NCBI GenBank assembly: GCA_964574035.1 | Contig: CAZNLD010000003.1 | Location: forward strand, 15,485-79,484 | DNA length: 64,000 nt | Direction of reading: 5' to 3' | Source of the DNA: Candidatus Undinarchaeota archaeon | GTDB taxonomy: Archaea > Undinarchaeota > Undinarchaeia > Undinarchaeales > JALTGF01 | Shown here: in pieces, positions 7,337-15,385 of the stretch | Layout: each line of letters begins with the position of its first letter | Position numbering within the stretch: the first letter of the stretch is position 1 | Made by a program: the position numbers and the translations under genes | Notes under the pieces: model-generated | What the model saw: only the letters and a program-made list of their open reading frames with translations | The model's database searches: none | What the model was told of the DNA's origin: nothing

Positions 7337-7554
7337 CCAGCTCAACCATTTTCCCTTGGCCAATACTACCAGTTCAAATAATTCAAATAATCCGTACCAC
7401 CCGTCCAAATTATCCGGCGAATTCACACTGCCAGTTCAAATTACTTGAATAGCTCAAAACACCAGCTCAAATAACTCAACGAGCTCAAACTACCAGCCCG
7501 AATAACCCGACGAACCCATACTGCCAGTTTCTCGTCTGTAACTCAGACTATAAG
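7337..7554. repeat. degenerate 31-bp tandem array (7 units), each built from three phased YYCRAA-type hexamers
   Basis: CCAG-initiated units start at 7337, 7369, 7400 (CCCG), 7431, 7462, 7493 and 7524. Example units are CCAGCTCAAATAACTCAACGAGCTCAAACTA and CCAGCCCGAATAACCCGACGAACCCATACTG. A period of 31 is not a multiple of 3, so the array is non-coding. Confidence 0.8.
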
Positions 7555-7584
7555 TTTCTTCAACAGCTGAAATCGCTGTACTAT

Positions 7585-8166
7585 TTATTCAGACATTTCA
7601 CTGATAGTCTTCCCGCTTGCGTCCTTGAGAATTGCTTTATCGCCGTCGTCGCTCCAGAAGTTTCCGCCGACTGCTGCATACTTTTTAGTTGTAGTACTTA
7701 AGTCGCTTGCACTGTATATGTATACATATCTGTTCAGAGTATATTTTTTAGGGAAAGTATAGAATAAACTTCCATTTCCTTTTTCAATATACCAGCCCTC
7801 AACATCCCAGTTCTTTGCTTCAACCTTTACATACTCTTCTCCGGTAAATGAAATCTCAGTAATTGAAGGTTCCATATACTCTTTTGATTCGCAGTTATAG
7901 TTAGGTATATGCTCGCACACTCCGTTTACACAGCTGTCTACCGTGCAGTCGTCTCCGTCGTCGCAGTCAGAATTGACTGTACACTCCGGACCTTCTGTTT
8001 CCGTTCCGGATTCTGTTTCAGTTTCCGTTCCTTCTGTTTCCTCTCCTGCTTCAATTTCTTCTATTCCTTCCCCTTCTTCCGTTCCTTCAGGAGCCGTTCC
8101 TGCGCATCCTGCTACAAGAAGTACAGAAACCAGCGAAAGTACAATCAGATATTTTTGTATTTCCAT
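7585..8166 (-). CDS. secreted lipoprotein with acidic T/E-rich linker, Cys-rich module and lamin-tail-like (LTD) domain
   Basis: 193 aa. Signal peptide with lipobox LLVAGC; GTETETESGTETEG linker; CTVNSDCDDGDDCTVDSCVNGVCE Cys-rich repeat; C-terminal EEYVKVEAKN...GWYIEKGNG...YTFP resembles an LTD. Confidence 0.7.
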   Translation of the reverse strand: MEIQKYLIVLSLVSVLLVAGCAGTAPEGTEEGEGIEEIEAGEETEGTETETESGTETEGPECTVNSDCDDGDDCTVDSCVNGVCEHIPNYNCESKEYMEPSITEISFTGEEYVKVEAKNWDVEGWYIEKGNGSLFYTFPKKYTLNRYVYIYSASDLSTTTKKYAAVGGNFWSDDGDKAILKDASGKTISEMSE

Positions 8167-8228
8167 GAATTTGGGTATGTTTAGGTTATTTAAATAAATT
8201 TATAAAGTATGAAAAACATAGAAAATAC

Positions 8229-8756
8229 ATGACAAAGAAAAAGAAAGGAAAAAAAGACCTAAATTTTGATTTTGCATATAACTCAGGAATAGCTCTTTTT
8301 GACGTGTTTTATAAAATGGATAAAGACCCCAAGAAAATAAACGCAAATCTTTTAAAAGGCGGTAAGAAGCACCCTTACAGATATGCCAAAAAATATTTTG
8401 AAGGTTTCGACCAGCTTACAAAAGATGTAAAAGAAAAGAATTGGGAAGAAATTAAAAACTCCAGAGAAACTAATGAAAGGAGAGAAAAATTAGAAAATTT
8501 CAAAGACACCGTCTTTGCAGACGCCTTTCTTACATTTATAGATTATATGCTTCTAAAAGTAATTGAAGATAAAGAAAAAACAGTAGAATATAGAGAGAAA
8601 ACAAACGAAATTATGAAAAAATACCTCCCTAAAAAATTACATGATTACATAGAAGATGACTTGGAAGCTCACACAAAAAAGGTATTGCAAGGAGAAATTC
8701 CGGAAGAAACTGCAGAAAAACAGCTTGAGAAATACCTTAAAAGTTTGAAAAAATAA
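8229..8756 (+). CDS. hypothetical K/E-rich helical protein
   Basis: 175 aa ORF with ATG start, no overlapping better ORF and no recognisable motif. Confidence 0.55.
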   Translation: MTKKKKGKKDLNFDFAYNSGIALFDVFYKMDKDPKKINANLLKGGKKHPYRYAKKYFEGFDQLTKDVKEKNWEEIKNSRETNERREKLENFKDTVFADAFLTFIDYMLLKVIEDKEKTVEYREKTNEIMKKYLPKKLHDYIEDDLEAHTKKVLQGEIPEETAEKQLEKYLKSLKK

Positions 8757-8763
8757 TTGCTTT

Positions 8764-9969
8764 TTAATTTCCTTTTATAAATTCTTCAATTCTGTCAAAA
8801 GCTTCTTCCAGAGTTTCAAGTTCAGGCAGGAATACAGTTCTGAAATGGTCCTTCCCGTACTCTTTGCTGAACCCTGAACCGTGGACGCACAAGACATGTT
8901 TTTCACTCAATAAATCAAGAACAAACTTTTCATCATTATCGAACTTATCGCTTTCAATTCTTGGGAACATGTATAGGGCGCCTTCTGGTTTTGAAACAGA
9001 AAGTCCCTCAATTTCATTAATTCTTTTTGCTGAATAATCTCTTCTTTCTCTTAAAATATCAACTGTTTTCTTAATATGGTCTGTAGGGCCATCCATAGCT
9101 GCTCCTAAAGCAACCTGAGCCGGCGTATTCATGCATAATCTGGCTCTTGCCTGTCTTAAGCAGGCTTCTTTTAATTCATGGATGCCGGGTCCTTTGAAAG
9201 TCATATATCCGCTTCTCCACCCAGGAGAAAGATAAACTTTTGAAAGACAGCCGAATGAAACAACATTTGCATCCGGATTTAAATTTTCAATTGGATAAAA
9301 ATCTGCATCAAAAGTAAGCATGTCATAAACTTCGTCAGCCATAATAAGTAAATCATTCTGAACTGCAATTTCAGTTATTTCTTTTAAAGTTTTCTTAGGA
9401 TAAACAGCACCAGTAGGATTGTTTGGATTAATAACAACAATGCCCTTTGTTTTATCAGTGATTTTATCTTCAATATCAGCAACATCCGGCTGCCAGCCTT
9501 CTTCTTCAATGCATCTGTATTCAACCGGATTTCCGCCGTAGAATTTAACTAAAGTATCATACAAAGGGTAATTTGGACCCGGAAGTAAAACTTCATCTCC
9601 TTCTCCTGTAATGGAAGCAAGAGTCATATCGATTCCTTCGCTGACTCCCGCTAAAGTAAGAACGTCATCCGGAGAAACTATAACATCTTTCAATTTCTTT
9701 TCTCTTCTGGCAATTGCCTCCCTAACTTCAGGAATGCCTTCAGAATCGCCGTAATAATTCTTGCCGTCTTTAATTGCCTTAATTTTGGCCTCTTTAATAA
9801 AATCAGGAGTGTCGAAATCGTATTTATCCGGGTCTCCTATATTTAAATGAAGTACCTCATGCCCCTGCTTTTCTATCTTCCTGGCAGGAACTACAATATC
9901 TCTGATTGCATAATGAATATCTTTTACTCTATCAGTAACATTCATATCATTCACAATAAGATAAGGCAT
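8764..9969 (-). CDS. PLP-dependent aminotransferase class I/II (alanine/aspartate aminotransferase-like)
   Basis: 401 aa. Fold-type I hallmarks: INPNNPTG, the PLP-lysine region SFGCLSKVYLSPGWRSGY and the LCVHGSGF tail. Confidence 0.88.
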   Translation of the reverse strand: MPYLIVNDMNVTDRVKDIHYAIRDIVVPARKIEKQGHEVLHLNIGDPDKYDFDTPDFIKEAKIKAIKDGKNYYGDSEGIPEVREAIARREKKLKDVIVSPDDVLTLAGVSEGIDMTLASITGEGDEVLLPGPNYPLYDTLVKFYGGNPVEYRCIEEEGWQPDVADIEDKITDKTKGIVVINPNNPTGAVYPKKTLKEITEIAVQNDLLIMADEVYDMLTFDADFYPIENLNPDANVVSFGCLSKVYLSPGWRSGYMTFKGPGIHELKEACLRQARARLCMNTPAQVALGAAMDGPTDHIKKTVDILRERRDYSAKRINEIEGLSVSKPEGALYMFPRIESDKFDNDEKFVLDLLSEKHVLCVHGSGFSKEYGKDHFRTVFLPELETLEEAFDRIEEFIKGN

Positions 9970-10007
9970 TTAAATAGATTTTCATTATAGTATATGAGCT
10001 GAATAAA

Positions 10008-11792
10008 ATGAAAATTGAGGAAAATCTGGAAATTCCTGACAGTCAAGTAATACGAAATCCGGACGACCATTTCTATAATAATTTCCTAAGACCCTACTAC
10101 ATTAAAACAAAAGACGGACAGTATCTATTTTCATCAAAACAGCCGGGAAGAAGACCAGACAGAGCTTTTTATATTATACCAAAAGGCTACAAACTTGGAA
10201 AAGGGCAGGAAAGATTCAGAAAAAGGGCAGGAAAGAGAATCTACAAAGCTGCTTTTGATTATTTGAAAGAGTGCGAAGCTATTGTTCAGGAAGGAATACA
10301 AGGAGAATCCGAATTTGAAACCGGAGTCAGAGTAACAACAAGTATTGAAAACCCCCATTCTGCATACATGAGCTGGATGGGGAAAATGATGCTTTTTCCA
10401 AAGAAAGAAGATACTGAAATTACCTGTTATAATTATATAATTCCCGAAAAACTTCCGGAAGAATACGAAAAGAGGATAAAAAAAGCGTGGAAAGGCTACA
10501 AACCAGGAGTCCCCCTTACAATATATGATTTTACTGAGATGAATAAAGATAAAAGAAGAGTCCTGAATTTAGGAGTAGACTATTTCGGAGGGGCATTCAA
10601 AAAACCAAATTTAACTATGGTCTGGAACAGGGGGGAGGAAGAAGGAATGATTTCGTATCATGCAGGCTGTACAAAAAATAGAGTTTTAAAAGGGCTGAGT
10701 GGAACCGGAAAAACTACACTTACAGTAGGCCCGGATTTATACCAGGACGACGCCCTTCTTGGAAAACCGATTGAAAAGTACAACAAAATAAAAAAAACTA
10801 AACTAATCGGCCTTGAAGCAGCGAGTTTTGCGAAATCACAAGGACTTGGTCCAGACAGCCCGGAGTGGCCTGGATTAATGAGCTCCAGAGACGGAAAATC
10901 AATTGTTCTTGCAACTAATATTGACTGCCAGGGAGTCAGATTTGCTGAAAAGGAAATTGACGGTTATGAAGTAAAGGCTCCGGAAAAAATACCGGGACAT
11001 GAAATAGGGCATCTTGAAACTAAAAAATATGAAAAATCAGGAACAACAAACGGCAGATTTATATTCAAATTCAGCGACCTGAATAAAGACTGGAAGGCAG
11101 GAATTGAAAAACACCTAAAAACGCTTGTTTTAAGCTTCAGAAGATTTGACATTCTCGAACCTGTTTTCAGAGTTGAAAAGCCAGAGATGGCTGTTGCTTT
11201 AGACAGCGCCTGCGAAAGTATAATTACAAGTGCAGTTGGAGGTAAAAAGACAGGAAAAAGAGTCAGGTCCTATGCAGCAACGGACTTTATGGCAAGACAG
11301 CAGTCTGAGCAGGCTTTAATCAAACTTAAAATGTATAAAGAAATGGGGCTTAAGCCAAAAGATAAACTTATTTTCTTTGTAAATAATTCGGGCTGGGTAG
11401 GCAGATATAATTATAAAGGCAAAGAGCTTGAGCAGGGAGAAAAAATCAAAGTTGAAGATTCAAAGAAGCTTATTGAACTTATTGAAGAAAAGAAAATTAA
11501 AAACTGGATCAAGCATCCCGTTTATGAATATTTAATTCCGGAGCCGAAAGAACTTGAAGAAAAACATGGAATGGAAAATTTCGGAAAGAGATTCAATCCT
11601 TTGGAATATTATTCATTAAAAGCTTACATGAAATTCATTAAAAGAGACATAAGAGAGAGAACAAAATTCCTTGAAGAATTATTCAAAAATCAGGATGGAG
11701 AGAAGCAGTTAAAAGAAGTAGTAAGCGTCTGGAAAAACTGTGAAATACCTGACAAGAAAGAAATTAAAAAGTTCTATAAAGACAATTATTGA
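10008..11792 (+). CDS. divergent ATP-type phosphoenolpyruvate carboxykinase-like protein
   Basis: 594 aa. It contains the PckA kinase-1a P-loop GLSGTGKTTL followed by a DDA(L) segment in place of GDDEH. The rest is poorly alignable by eye. Confidence 0.5.
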   Translation: MKIEENLEIPDSQVIRNPDDHFYNNFLRPYYIKTKDGQYLFSSKQPGRRPDRAFYIIPKGYKLGKGQERFRKRAGKRIYKAAFDYLKECEAIVQEGIQGESEFETGVRVTTSIENPHSAYMSWMGKMMLFPKKEDTEITCYNYIIPEKLPEEYEKRIKKAWKGYKPGVPLTIYDFTEMNKDKRRVLNLGVDYFGGAFKKPNLTMVWNRGEEEGMISYHAGCTKNRVLKGLSGTGKTTLTVGPDLYQDDALLGKPIEKYNKIKKTKLIGLEAASFAKSQGLGPDSPEWPGLMSSRDGKSIVLATNIDCQGVRFAEKEIDGYEVKAPEKIPGHEIGHLETKKYEKSGTTNGRFIFKFSDLNKDWKAGIEKHLKTLVLSFRRFDILEPVFRVEKPEMAVALDSACESIITSAVGGKKTGKRVRSYAATDFMARQQSEQALIKLKMYKEMGLKPKDKLIFFVNNSGWVGRYNYKGKELEQGEKIKVEDSKKLIELIEEKKIKNWIKHPVYEYLIPEPKELEEKHGMENFGKRFNPLEYYSLKAYMKFIKRDIRERTKFLEELFKNQDGEKQLKEVVSVWKNCEIPDKKEIKKFYKDNY

Positions 11793-11843
11793 GAAACCTT
11801 TTTAAACCAAATAGACGTATATAATGGCTATACGGAGGTTAAA

Positions 11844-12287
11844 ATGGGAATAGTAGATATTCGTTTTACAAAGTTAGACGCAAAAAGAGAAAAACCTAAA
11901 GGTAAAGTAGACAAGAAAGGAGTTAAAATTAAAAGCAACACCAAGGTTGTTAAAATGAAAAAGAAAAAACTCCCAAGTCTAGGCGATGCAGTGCTGGTTG
12001 ATTTTGAATACAAAGTTAACTACGAACCAAACTTTGGAAAAATAACAGTAGGCGGAAGCTTAATTTACCACGACAAAAAGCTGAAAAGTAAAATTAAGAA
12101 AGATAAAAAAGAAGGCATTCAGCTGGAAAAGAGCGCATATGTCGAAGTCCAGAATGCAATACTGCGTTCAGGAAGTACTCAGGCGCTTGTTCTGGCAAAA
12201 GAACTTCAGCTTCCTGCACCGATACAGCTTCCTACTGTAGTAGAAAACAAAGAAAAAGAAGAGAAAGGCAAGAAGGGCTACGCCTAA
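11844..12287 (+). CDS. hypothetical lysine-rich protein
   Basis: 147 aa ORF, ATG start, no motif recognised. Confidence 0.5.
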   Translation: MGIVDIRFTKLDAKREKPKGKVDKKGVKIKSNTKVVKMKKKKLPSLGDAVLVDFEYKVNYEPNFGKITVGGSLIYHDKKLKSKIKKDKKEGIQLEKSAYVEVQNAILRSGSTQALVLAKELQLPAPIQLPTVVENKEKEEKGKKGYA

Positions 12288-13183
12288 CCCTTCAAACTCT
12301 TTTTATAATTAGATAAAATTTGTTTGCTTAATCCAATTAAGGGCCTTAAAACAGGCAGGTTGATTTTTTTATCAACTTCTGCAAACTTTTCCAGATTTTC
12401 TTCTTTGAAAACTTCTGCTGAAACCAAAGCTTTTGCACCCTGTTTTTCGGCCAATTTCTCTGCTTCTTCAAATAAATTTGCTTTTATTTGGTGAACGTTC
12501 AAATCAATATACCAGTTCTTCAGACCATCAACCTCTTTTTCAACATCTTGGAAATCTTCCTTAAGACAGGCAATTTCAACTTCGCAGCCTCGTTTGGATA
12601 TTAACCAGACAGCCGTTTTTAGATTGTCAATAGACGAATCATGGACAGCTAAAACTTTTCCCTCAACTCCATAGGGAAGACCGCCAGGCCCCTGAATCTT
12701 TTCAGTAAAAATGTTGGATTCTTTCTGCCTTACTTCAATAAAAAGCTCTTTATCCGGAGTGTCCAAATCAACATCAGGTCCAATTTTCTCAACTATATCC
12801 GCACCAACTTCTCTTTCAACATCCTGGCTTGTAAATTCGTGATTGCCCGTCCTTCTTGCCCGGACTGAAAAGGAATCTTTTTCTTTGATGTGTTTTTCAG
12901 CAACTGTAAGAGCAGTTTTTCTTATTTCTGAAATTTCAGACTTACAGGATACAACCGGAGAGATTGAAACAACTCCGAAAACATGTTTAAGGATATCTAA
13001 AGCAGGTTCAGCTTTTGTTTCAACTAAAAAACGACCCCAGGGAGTCTTTATTTTAAAGTTAACTCCATCTCTTTTTAAGAATGCAGTTATATTTTTCTTT
13101 AGTTTATCTTCAAACTTCCTTCTGGTCTGCTTGCTTTTCAGACCTATTTCTCCATATCTTAAAAGGATTTTATCAAAGTTCAT
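12284..13183 (-). CDS. THUMP-domain ThiI-like protein with degenerate PP-loop
   Basis: 299 aa. The N-terminus ILLRYGEIGLKSKQTRRKFEDKL is the ThiI signature. Where SGGxDS is expected, the sequence is VLAVHDSSID. Confidence 0.65.
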   Translation of the reverse strand: MNFDKILLRYGEIGLKSKQTRRKFEDKLKKNITAFLKRDGVNFKIKTPWGRFLVETKAEPALDILKHVFGVVSISPVVSCKSEISEIRKTALTVAEKHIKEKDSFSVRARRTGNHEFTSQDVEREVGADIVEKIGPDVDLDTPDKELFIEVRQKESNIFTEKIQGPGGLPYGVEGKVLAVHDSSIDNLKTAVWLISKRGCEVEIACLKEDFQDVEKEVDGLKNWYIDLNVHQIKANLFEEAEKLAEKQGAKALVSAEVFKEENLEKFAEVDKKINLPVLRPLIGLSKQILSNYKKSLKG

Positions 13184-13233
13184 TATAAAGTATATGATAA
13201 AGTTTATTTAATAATGTTTATATAAAACATGCA

Positions 13234-13539
13234 ATGGAACTAATTAAAATTGAACCGAGAAGAGGTTCAGCAGAAACAGACGGACTTACTATCAAATTTA
13301 AGGCAAATATTGAAGACATTCCTCTAGAAATCGAAGTATACAGAGATATTGAATTAAAAAGAGAAAAAATAGTTGAAATACTTAACAAGAAAAAACATCT
13401 TTTTGGAATAAAAGCAGATAAAAATTTATGGACGAATCTTAAGAAAAAAGATATTGAAAAATTTTATGCAGAAATTATTATGATTGTAAAAAGAAAAGAA
13501 ATATCGGTTGGCAAAGCATACATTAAAAGAGAATCTTAA
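13234..13539 (+). CDS. hypothetical protein
   Basis: 101 aa ORF with ATG start, no motif recognised. Confidence 0.5.
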   Translation: MELIKIEPRRGSAETDGLTIKFKANIEDIPLEIEVYRDIELKREKIVEILNKKKHLFGIKADKNLWTNLKKKDIEKFYAEIIMIVKRKEISVGKAYIKRES

Positions 13540-13541
13540 AA

Positions 13542-13549
13542 CTTAAATA
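13542..13549 (+). promoter_or_regulatory. TATA-like box positioned for a leaderless transcript starting at the Cys mini-ORF
   Basis: CTTAAATA is centred about 26 nt upstream of the ATG at 13572, which is the usual archaeal TATA-to-TSS spacing. Confidence 0.35.
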
Positions 13550-13571
13550 GAAACAAATTCATATTAACACT

Positions 13572-13601
13572 ATGAAATCAGAACTATGCTGTTGTTGTTA
13601 G
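13572..13601 (+). CDS. candidate leader peptide MKSELCCCC (four tandem Cys codons) upstream of tRNA-Cys/cysS
   Basis: ATG AAA TCA GAA CTA TGC TGT TGT TGT TAG read directly from the sequence. It lies about 80 nt before tRNA-Cys(GCA) and is embedded in alternative hairpins. Confidence 0.4.
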   Translation: MKSELCCCC

Positions 13602-13681
13602 AAAAGATTGCATAGTCCTATTTCGGTTCTCTTAAATTTCTTTGAAGTGCTACGAGAACAGCCGAAGGTTTCATCAAAACA

Positions 13682-13754
13682 GCAGAGGTGGCGGAATCCG
13701 GTTACGCGCGCGGCTGCAAACCGCGATATCAGGGTTCAAATCCCTGCCTCTGCT
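13682..13754 (+). tRNA. tRNA-Cys (anticodon GCA)
   Basis: Acceptor GCAGAGG/CCTCTGC; D arm GCG-GAATCCGGTTA-CGC; anticodon arm CGCGG-CT GCA AA-CCGCG; T arm CAGGG-TTCAAAT-CCCTG; discriminator T. No encoded CCA. Confidence 0.93.
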
Positions 13755-13839
13755 TCAAACATAGTAAATGGTTAATGGTTAATAGTAAATGGTAGATAGC
13801 AAGTAATAAAACCAAACAAATAATACAGAATATATTGAA

Positions 13840-15240
13840 ATGCCTTTAAAACTCTATAATACCCTAACAAAGAAAAAAGAAGAATTCAAGCCGATTAAAG
13901 ATAAAAAGGTAAAACTTTACACCTGCGGTCCGACTGTTTACGATTATGCGCATATAGGGAATTTCAGAACATACATTTTTCAGGATATTTTGAAAAGGTA
14001 TCTTGAATACAAAGGCTACGATGTAAAACAAGTAATGAATATTACAGATATAGACGACAAAACAATAAAACGATCTCAGGAAAAGGGAGTTAAACTGGAA
14101 AAATATACTGAAAAGTACACAAAGGCTTTTTTTGAAGATATGAAAACACTGAATATAAAACCAGCTGATGTTTACCCAAAAGCCACTGAGACTGTTGATG
14201 AAATGATTGAGCTTGTTAAGAAATTAATGGATAAAGGTTTTGCATATAAAACAGAAGATGGGATTTATTTCAATATTAAGAAGTTTGATGAGTACGGGAA
14301 GCTTTCCGGATTAAAAATTGAAGAATTAAAAGAAGGCGCTAGAGTTAAAACACAGGAATATGACAAAGAAAATGCAAAAGATTTCGCCCTGTGGAAATTC
14401 TGGAAACCTGCAGACGGAGATAACTTTTTTGAAACTGAAATAGGAAAAGGAAGACCAGGCTGGCATATAGAATGCTCTGCAATGTCCATGAAACACTTGG
14501 GAGAAACTATTGACATGCATACAGGAGGGGTTGACTTAATTTTCCCCCATCATGAAAATGAAATTGCTCAGTCAGAAGGAGCAACTGGCAAGCATTTCGT
14601 TAAATACTGGCTCCACTGCGAACATTTACTTGTTGAAAATAAAAAGATGTCAAAATCACTAGGTAATTTCTATACTTTAAGAGACTTGCTGGATAAAGGA
14701 TACGACCCAAAAGCAATTAGGTATACTTTAATGGCTTCTCACTACAGACAGCAGCAAAACTTTTCACTTAAGGAGCTTGAAGCGGCGGATAAAACTGTAA
14801 ACAGACTGTTTGAATTTGAAGACAGATTAAAGGAAGCTGATGGTAAAAAAACAGACATATCTAAAATAATTGAAAAAACAAAAAAGAAATTTGAATCTGA
14901 AATGGATGATAATTTGAATATAAGTGAAGCTCTTGCTTCTGTTTTTAATTTCATGAAAGAAGTAAATAAATTACTGGATAAAGGAAAAATCAGCAGTAAA
15001 AATGCTGAAGAACTTCTTAATACACTTTATAATTTTGACAAAGTCCTCGGCATCTTAGAGATGGAAAAGGAAAAAGTTGGAAAAGAAAAGAAAAAGAAAA
15101 TAGAAAAACTATTGAAAGAAAGAGAAAAAGCAAGGAAAGAAAAGAATTTTGAAAAAGCAGATGAGATAAGAGAAGAATTAAAAGAAATGGGAATTGAAGT
15201 TAAAGATACTGAAAAAGGACCTAAATGGAAGGTGATATAA
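13840..15240 (+). CDS. cysS: cysteinyl-tRNA synthetase (class I)
   Basis: 466 aa with the HIGH-type motif YDYAHIGNFR, the KMSKS motif KMSKSLGN, and WHIECSAM and HHENEIAQSE motifs typical of CysRS. Confidence 0.97.
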   Translation: MPLKLYNTLTKKKEEFKPIKDKKVKLYTCGPTVYDYAHIGNFRTYIFQDILKRYLEYKGYDVKQVMNITDIDDKTIKRSQEKGVKLEKYTEKYTKAFFEDMKTLNIKPADVYPKATETVDEMIELVKKLMDKGFAYKTEDGIYFNIKKFDEYGKLSGLKIEELKEGARVKTQEYDKENAKDFALWKFWKPADGDNFFETEIGKGRPGWHIECSAMSMKHLGETIDMHTGGVDLIFPHHENEIAQSEGATGKHFVKYWLHCEHLLVENKKMSKSLGNFYTLRDLLDKGYDPKAIRYTLMASHYRQQQNFSLKELEAADKTVNRLFEFEDRLKEADGKKTDISKIIEKTKKKFESEMDDNLNISEALASVFNFMKEVNKLLDKGKISSKNAEELLNTLYNFDKVLGILEMEKEKVGKEKKKKIEKLLKEREKARKEKNFEKADEIREELKEMGIEVKDTEKGPKWKVI

Positions 15241-15305
15241 TGGATCCAAAGAAAAATAAAGAAAAGAAGAAAGATAAGAAAAAATCATGCTGTGGTTGCT
15301 GCTAA
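15240..15305 (+). CDS. candidate 21-aa micro-ORF MDPKKNKEKKKDKKKSCCGCC overlapping the cysS stop (TAATG)
   Basis: Read directly: ATG at 15240 shares its A with the cysS TAA. A polybasic stretch is followed by TCA TGC TGT GGT TGC TGC TAA. Confidence 0.3.
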   Translation: MDPKKNKEKKKDKKKSCCGCC

Positions 15306-15385
15306 AATAAAAAAAACATAACTACTATGTTGCTAGCTAGTTCATATTAGGATAGTTTATTAATATATAAAATACTTCTTTAAAA

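Noticed and set aside
7337-7554. CRISPR array.
   Set aside because: The units are contiguous and degenerate with no interspersed unique spacers. The repeats are not conserved enough, and there are no cas genes in the window.
5816-8200. Calling the tRNA-Ser-proximal region an intact integrated mobile element.
   Set aside because: I can recognise no integrase, transposase, replication or capsid gene here or elsewhere in the window. Only att-like repeats and repeat arrays are present, so at most this is a degraded remnant.
13540-13681. A T-box-like riboswitch upstream of tRNA-Cys/cysS.
   Set aside because: There is no T-box consensus (…GGUGGNACCGCG…), no specifier-loop architecture, and the region is too short. 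The tandem-Cys mini-ORF explains the region better.
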